A DNA stretch of 64,000 nucleotides from Guillardia theta CCMP2712 (lineage: Eukaryota > Protista > Cryptophyta): positions 605,877-669,876 of the forward strand of contig NW_005434666.1 of NCBI RefSeq assembly GCF_000315625.1, in the 5' to 3' direction. The notes below the pieces were generated by a model. It was not told where the DNA came from and did not search any database. It saw nothing but the letters and a program-made list of their open reading frames with translations. The first letter of the stretch is position 1, and the number at the start of each line of letters is the position of its first letter. The translations under genes were made by a program, and so were the position numbers. Of this stretch, positions 57,371 to 64,000 are shown one piece after another.

Positions 57371-60300
57371 TTATTGAGTCTGCACTTGTACATTCTGCTT
57401 GATCAAGTTGTGCAGCTCGTTGGCTTCATCTCGAGTCGCAAACTTGACAAGGTAGGTCACGAGGGCTCCATCCCTGCTCCCAGTGAAGATGACGCCTTTC
57501 TCCCCCCTGCTGACGGGTGAGCAGGAGGAAGGAAATCTCTCGCGCACGGTCTGCTTACCCCTTGTTGCACGCCATGCCCGGGAAGAGTGCTGAGTTGACG
57601 AGAACGGCAAGGCTGCCCGTCTGCCGAATGATGACTCTCGTTCGTGCCTTACCCGCTTCGTCGTCCTGCGATTGTTTCAACCGCAGGATGCCGCTTCCCC
57701 GTGACTTCCAGCTTCCAGCAGCGTTCTAAACGAGGATGCAAATCACATGAGTATGAATCCTTGAGCGACGGACGTGGAACCTGATCAGTCTCCTCTTTCT
57801 GGAACTCGTAGAGCTTGACTTGCTCGGCCGAGAACAAGTTCTTCTCATTTTCCTCCCCCGTTGTCACGTTGACTCTTTCGAGCTAAGCCAAGGACGACTG
57901 AGTATGAAGGGAGGATCGGACACGAGGCTCACCTGCACGATGCCGGAACCTCGCTCTATCGGCACCTCGTGCTCGACCTATGGCACATCACAGCCCAGTC
58001 AGCAACAGTGCAGGCTCAAAGATGCATGGTACGTCGGCTGCTTCCTCGCTGTCATTGGATCGCCCATCCGATTTAGATGGGAAGATGTTCAGCATCGAAC
58101 GATTGAAGATGGGCTGCGGGCTGTCATGACGGCTGCGTGCGGATACAAGTTGACTTCACCTGACTGTGAAGTTTCTGCCCGAAGAACCCAAACTGTGGCA
58201 GAAGGATCAGATCTCGCGGAGAGAGGGGATCCTGGTGAATCACCTTCGTGCTCAAGGGAACATCCTGGGAGCCTTGATCGAACATCTTGCTCTGAAATCC
58301 AATCAATGGGGAGATTTGGTAGCTCCTACCGTCACCAAGTTCAAAGTTGCTCCACTTTGAGGAAAGGAGGGAGCAGCTGGCGTCGCGAACTTCGAGGTTA
58401 TAGACTGCAGAGTGTCTGCGAACGAAGAAGGGTTCTGTGCCTTGTGTTGTTCCATCCCAGCGTTGTCACTTTCTATCTTTGTTTCCCACGGCATCTTTGC
58501 CCTGTTTGAGAAGGTTGTGATTCAAGAGGAATATCACAGGCAGCAAAACCTCTTGTTGACGTCTGTCGCGTTGAAGACAGAACCGAAGACACTTGAAGGG
58601 TCAAAAATCGGCGGAGAGGAGCCAAACATGCGGGAAGCATTCAAAAACGAGGCTAAAAAGCAGGTGAGCCCAGAGCGAGAAAGGATGCTTTGTTTACAGT
58701 AAGATCGCTGCTGGTCGGGAGGGAAGAGAATGGTTGACAGATTGCTGCCGGTCGATGGCGTTGTATCGGGCTGCATGCTCATACTTGGTTTGTCCGTCGA
58801 CCAGAACGACGACCCAGCATTCTGCATTGAGTCCCGTGATGGATTCCCGCGTAGCAGCATCTCCTGCAGTGAGTTTCCTGCTCGCTTGTCGTTGGATGTC
58901 TCCGCAGAGCCAGGGGCCCCCACGGCGAACTTAGGAGAAGGAGAGAAGGATCTCGCCTGAGAGTCGAATCGTCACCAGACCAAAGGAGGAAGGGGGCAGG
59001 GAGCACATTGGGCTCTTGACGAATAACGATGAGCCTCAGGCCCTCGTTCCAACTGAAAGAGTGTCAGCAACTCAAAAATTTGAGCAAGAACTGTACCTCG
59101 GTGTCGTCCCGTTCACCTGGAGAGCGTGGGAGATATCCACGTCTAGCCAAGTGTCGATAAGAGGGGAAGCGAGAAGACGGATTGTTGCTCACCCTCTATG
59201 AAATTCACGTAGGCAACTCTCGTGTCAAAGCGAGGGTTGAAGGGAAGGAGCTTGATGCTCTTGACCTGCAAAGATTCCAGTGTCAAGACAACAGCTTATG
59301 CAAAGGAGGTTCAACTCACCCCCCCGCTTGCTGAGAAGAAGTCGAAAAGCATTTTCTCTGCAGCTTTCGTCAACAAACAGCACAAATCTAGGCTCGTTGC
59401 ACCTGTGATTCCCTTTGCTAAATTTCGCACGACGATACTGCTGTGCCGCATCCCAGGTGGAGGAGCATTCTCAAGCTTCAAGTCCGTCAGGTCGAAAAAA
59501 TCGAACTGGGAGGATTGACCGGAGTCTCTCGAGCTCTTTTCTTCTCTTGATCTATGGTTGCCTGTTGGGAGATGAGCTTCAAAAGTTCGGTCTGTATTTC
59601 TCTTACTTCATCTCTCCCGTCCATGTCACTCATCGTGTCCTAGTAGCAAACTGTAAACTTGCGCACTGGCAAATCAGCAAATCTGACTCACAGCTTGAAC
59701 TTGCACATGCGAGCTGCTCAAGCTGCCCTCAGAGACTTGTAGATTCCTGCAAGGGAGTGAGAACTTCGATGTTTTCAAATTTCTGGATCACTTGATGGCT
59801 GAGAGCAGTCTCCTTTTCGCTCCGATGGTGTCAATCTATCCATCCTTCACTACCTGGAACGAGATCCGACAGCTGATTTTTCACTCACTTGAAGGTCCCT
59901 GAGATCCTGGTCCGTGAGCAACTTCAATGTTCGAACGTCCGTTAGCTCCTGTTGGCAGCATCAGCAGGTCACCATGGTACCATGTGCTACGTTGCTCCAC
60001 CTGCTCCTTGAACTTGCTTGCCAACTGCGACAGGCCGACTTGTGCAAGGAAGTGATCGATGCCCTGCCATGGAACATGTCCAACGTCCTCATGATTCTGG
60101 TGTTGCCGTCATCGCACAAGAAACGGTCTGCATGAGACTTCAGAAACCTGCCGCATTTGCTTTCGGGTTTCGAGGGCGTTCTGCACATCAGCAGAAAAGT
60201 GCCCGATGGAATCACGTAGATCTTTCATCATCTGAAGAAAGATGAGAGGAAGCTGAAGCCTACGTCACAAAGAGATACCTGAGAATGATCTTGCAAGTAA

Positions 60301-61557
60301 GATGAAAGATTTCCAAGAGTGGAGCATTGCATTTGCAGGATAGAAAGAGACTGCGCAATCTGCCATTCTCTTAATTCACGAAGGCTCACTCAAGAATCAC
60401 ATTCGGCGAAGCGAAGGAAGAAGATTCCGCAAGGCGCAAAGATTTCATGATTTCCTGGATTGTTCTCATCGTTACATGAAACGGATTTCCTTGCATGGTA
60501 AAACGTACTTCGCGTAAAGTTTTCGACTGGCTTGAAAGGTTGTCGACAATGCTGCTGATACTAGTGGAAGATAAGTGATCAAGGTCGAGAATAATGTCAT
60601 GGTATCAACCTCTTCTCACTCTCTTTCAACCGATTCGCGGCATTTCTGAGTTTTCCTCCAACGAGACCAGCTCTCACAAACATCTGTCAGCGTGAATACC
60701 TCAATCGATGAAACTGGAACATCAATTCACAGTTCCAACCTCATTTCCCCCGCGAGAGACAGAGGCAACTTCTTGTGCTGGTATGATACTGAAGCTCTGT
60801 AACAGAGTGAGATCAGAGCAAATGGTATTGAAGCATAAGTCAATCACGACCATTTCGTCTGCTTTCGGCTGGGCTGTCAGCCCTGTCAGGCCTGTCATGA
60901 TGATAAAAGTGCAAGAAGCTCGCGAAAAAGACCTGGATGACCGAAAACATTCTTGTACAAGCCTGCATAAGCTATCAACAAGGTATACGAAGCGGCGAAA
61001 CTGTTTCTCAACCTGTGCTTTCATGTGAACCAGCGCTGTGCGTCCCGTCAGATCTAATGCACCCAAAGGAAAAAGAGGATGCTGCGTCATGCTCTTTGAA
61101 TCTCAGGATTTTGCAACAGTTTACCGTTTTACAGAAATAAATGTTCTTTGATTGGGCTTTGACGCGGCTGCGGCCTCTTCCTCGTCTTCGCAAGTCAACA
61201 ACTATTGCCTATTTTCAGCAGGGCTCACCCGATGAAGGATCAAGCTCCCTTAGCGATCTCTTCCCACCTCCCCTTAGATACATACTTCCAGGCACATCAT
61301 AGAATTGGATGCCAGGAAGACTACATGCCAACTTCGAATGATGTCAGCACATGGGGAAGTATACACGGATCGTTGGAATTCCAAATACAGGAACGATGGC
61401 ATGCAGAAGTTAGGATTCTCTCGTACATGGGGATGGAGCGAAGAGGAAGAAGAGAGAGATAGAGGATGACAAGAGAAAGATCTTCACTATGCAAGACACC
61501 TTGTGAGCGGATGGGGAGGAGGAGGAGAGGAGGAGGAGCGTTACGCTCGCTAGCCAT
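57371..61557 (-). CDS. RanBP1-domain (RanBD) nucleoporin-like protein; the 5' exons may belong to the same or a separate gene
   Basis: C-terminal TGEENEKNLFSAEQVKLYEF...WKSRGSGILRL...RVIIRQTGSLAVLVNS...YLVKFATRDEANELHNLI, preceded by a Ser/Phe-rich FG-like region (SSVFGSVF). Confidence 0.7.
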
Positions 61558-61802
61558 TTCTCCATTTCGCCCGCCTACACCAGTAGGTCCGCCTCAGAGT
61601 TAATTTTCTTTCCATCCCACCCCTACAAACTACCCTTACCCCCCAAAGAATAGTTCAGTACCCCTTCTATACAAAGTTTCTTGTCGCCCCTCTATACCCC
61701 CTACCCCCTCATTCAGCTGACGACCTACCCTCACTTTCACAGGTCCAAGTACCCGTTGCTCCTGCTTGCGTTTCCCGCCATTTTCGTCGCTACGGATCTG
61801 GC

Positions 61803-64000
61803 ATGAACAAGCAACTGCTGGACCCGTTCGAAGCCGACTACCCAGAGAGGATCGAAGATGAGGTAAGAGAGAAGGAGCGAGCCAGCCAGGAAGTCAGGGA
61901 GAAGAGGAGGCGAAAGATGAGGGAGAAGAGCAGGAGCAGCGGGGTGGCTGGGAAACGAAAGCAGCTGCTGCTCTGGCGATACCAAAAGGAGTGTGGAGGA
62001 TTGGGGAGAAAGGAAGATGGTTAAAGAGATGGTCTTTGGTTTCTAGCGATATCCCGTGTGATTGTTCCCCATTTGCCTACCTCGATTTCCTTTCGATTGA
62101 TCAGATGTTTCTTCCGGCAGCTTGTTCATGAGAAGTTTCAAGCGCGTTGCTGTGCATTCAATCGAAGAGGCACGCTACTAGCCACTGGATGCCAAGATGG
62201 TGCAGCAGCCCTCTGGGACTTCGATACGCGAGGTTGAAGATGGATTCCTCGTTCTTGACGAGCGCATCTGATTCGCCTTCAGGAGTGATTAAGGTGCTTC
62301 AAGACAAAAAGCTCCAAGAGATTCCAGCTGCAATCGCGGCAATCGGATGGTACCTTTAATCCTTTGCTAGGCATAGATGATGAGGCTGAACTGCAGGTCT
62401 CAAGATGGTCGGAGGATAGTGACGGCTGAGGAACGTGGAAGAGTTCGAGTTTGGGATGTAAGATTTGTTTTGATGCATTCTGCTTCTGCTGTCCATGCAA
62501 CTATATCAAAGACAGTATAACCATGCCTCAGGTGGAAAATGGGACTATTTTGTACGAGACCAATCTTGATTCAACGTGTTTGACTGTCCATGTACATTCC
62601 ATGTCATATTCAAGTGATCGCCTTACATCCGTGACAGATAAATCCTTCAAATTCATCAGAGATTCTTGCATGTCCTAACTGTGGAGTACCGACACTTATC
62701 AACATCGAAGATGGATCTCATAGGCTGATCGCAGGCTCGCATGTGATTGATGTATGGTTTGAAGGAATGCGAAAGGATTCATTTGATTTTTCAGATAGCA
62801 GAACCGCAAGTTGGGTCCAATGCCCGCAAGGTCATGGATTGATTTGACTTTCCATGAATCTTAATGTGGTCATCCAGGGTGCAGGAGAAGCGATTCGAAA
62901 TTACGCAGCAAGCTATTCTCCTTCTGGTGCTGAGGTAGACTTAGTTCGTTGCATACCATTTCCAAGTCTTATCTATTTTTAAGGTGTTTGTTGGAAATGG
63001 AAAAGGAATGGTATCTATCTGGAGAGTTGAAGATCTCGAACAGGTCTCTCACCATGGCAGTTGCTGAAAAATGGTTTTCTTTGACTTGGGAAATCTAGAT
63101 CGGCAGCCTTCAACTCCCCTCAAACACAGCTGTTCGGAACTTTCAAGTGCTTTCATCTTCTATAACGACCTCTGCTTCGTTGACAAGTTTGCAGTTGACA
63201 AGGGACGGTTCATATTTTCTTGTTTCGGAAACGGGAAAGATAAGGGTTTACGATTCTAAGCAATCAACACTATATCGCGAATTCTTCGATCAGGTTCAGG
63301 CTGAGTCTTTTTGCATCGAGAACAGGATTTATTTTCAATTAGGTCAACAGGACTCAATGGCGCAAATGCTGCTTTTCTTCGGATGGGAACTATGTGCTTG
63401 GAGCTACGGCTGAGAAAGGAGAGCACACAATACATATCTGGTATCGAGAAAATGGACAACTCGTACATGTTCTGGAGGTACGTGCTTTTCTCGACAAAAT
63501 CATAGGGTTGCTCATGACTTTGTAGGGTCCAAAAGAGTCAGTTTGGGACCTAGCATGGCATCCTACTCGAACCATAATTGCTTCTTGTGGACAGGTGAGG
63601 AACAAAAACATTCCCGTTGCGCACTCTGAAGTTGGAGTTTGTCTTGTAGAGTGGTAAGGTATATATCTGGGCGAAGCAGTACTCGGAGAACTACTCTGCT
63701 TTTGCGCCTAATTTCAAGGAACTTGAGGTATGAACCTCCATCCTTTTTCAAGACCTCAATATCCCTTTAGGAAAACGAAGAGTACATCGAGCGGGAAGAC
63801 GAATTCGACCTGATTGACCATCATCAGATCATCAAGAAAAAACGGGTTTCTCAGCTGTTTTTGATGCTTTAAATCATGACTGTGCAATGAAGGAAGAAGA
63901 GGAGGCCGTGGAAGTGGATATCACAACCCTGGATGAATCGACCGCTCAGACTTACGGCTTGTTGGAGATTCCAAATGAGCTGGTTTATCTGCCTGCAATC
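61803..64000 (+). CDS. RBBP5: COMPASS/MLL WD40 subunit RBBP5 (Swd1); continues past the window end
   Basis: MNKQLLDPFEADYPERIED; CAFNRRGTLLATGC...WDFDTR; GPKESVWDLAWHP; SENYSAFAPNFKELE|ENEEYIEREDEFD. Confidence 0.93.

Overview
Gene-dense eukaryotic nuclear DNA with short (about 45-130 nt) spliceosomal introns. The style resembles a flagellated alga such as a cryptophyte; this is inference, not a confirmed assignment. Recognisable genes: the 3' end of a four-domain voltage-gated Ca/Na channel, WW, G-patch, CH-like/ARM, MATE, TPR, UBE2S, DUF218, p24/TMED2, a MIB-HERC2/Sfi1-like protein, inner-arm dynein DNAH10 (about 14 kb), an RCC1 protein, a Fuzzy homologue, a GT-A glycosyltransferase, zinc-knuckle and ARM proteins, a RanBD nucleoporin-like gene and the 5' part of RBBP5. 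Two accessory islands stand out. (1) 16.1-20.15 kb: an intronless Crinkler/RHS-type NTPase + restriction-endonuclease-fold gene. It has a signal-peptide-like, double-LRGG leader, is bracketed by a 269/239-bp direct repeat of the neighbouring gene, and is followed by shuffled copies of its own leader. (2) 54.3-57.0 kb: an AT-rich island holding a frameshifted W-x-x-L-S-x-N-P repeat pseudogene resembling giant-virus genes, split by a 636-bp solo LTR with a clean 5-bp target-site duplication. No rRNA, tRNA or CRISPR array was seen. Gene ends inferred through introns are approximate.
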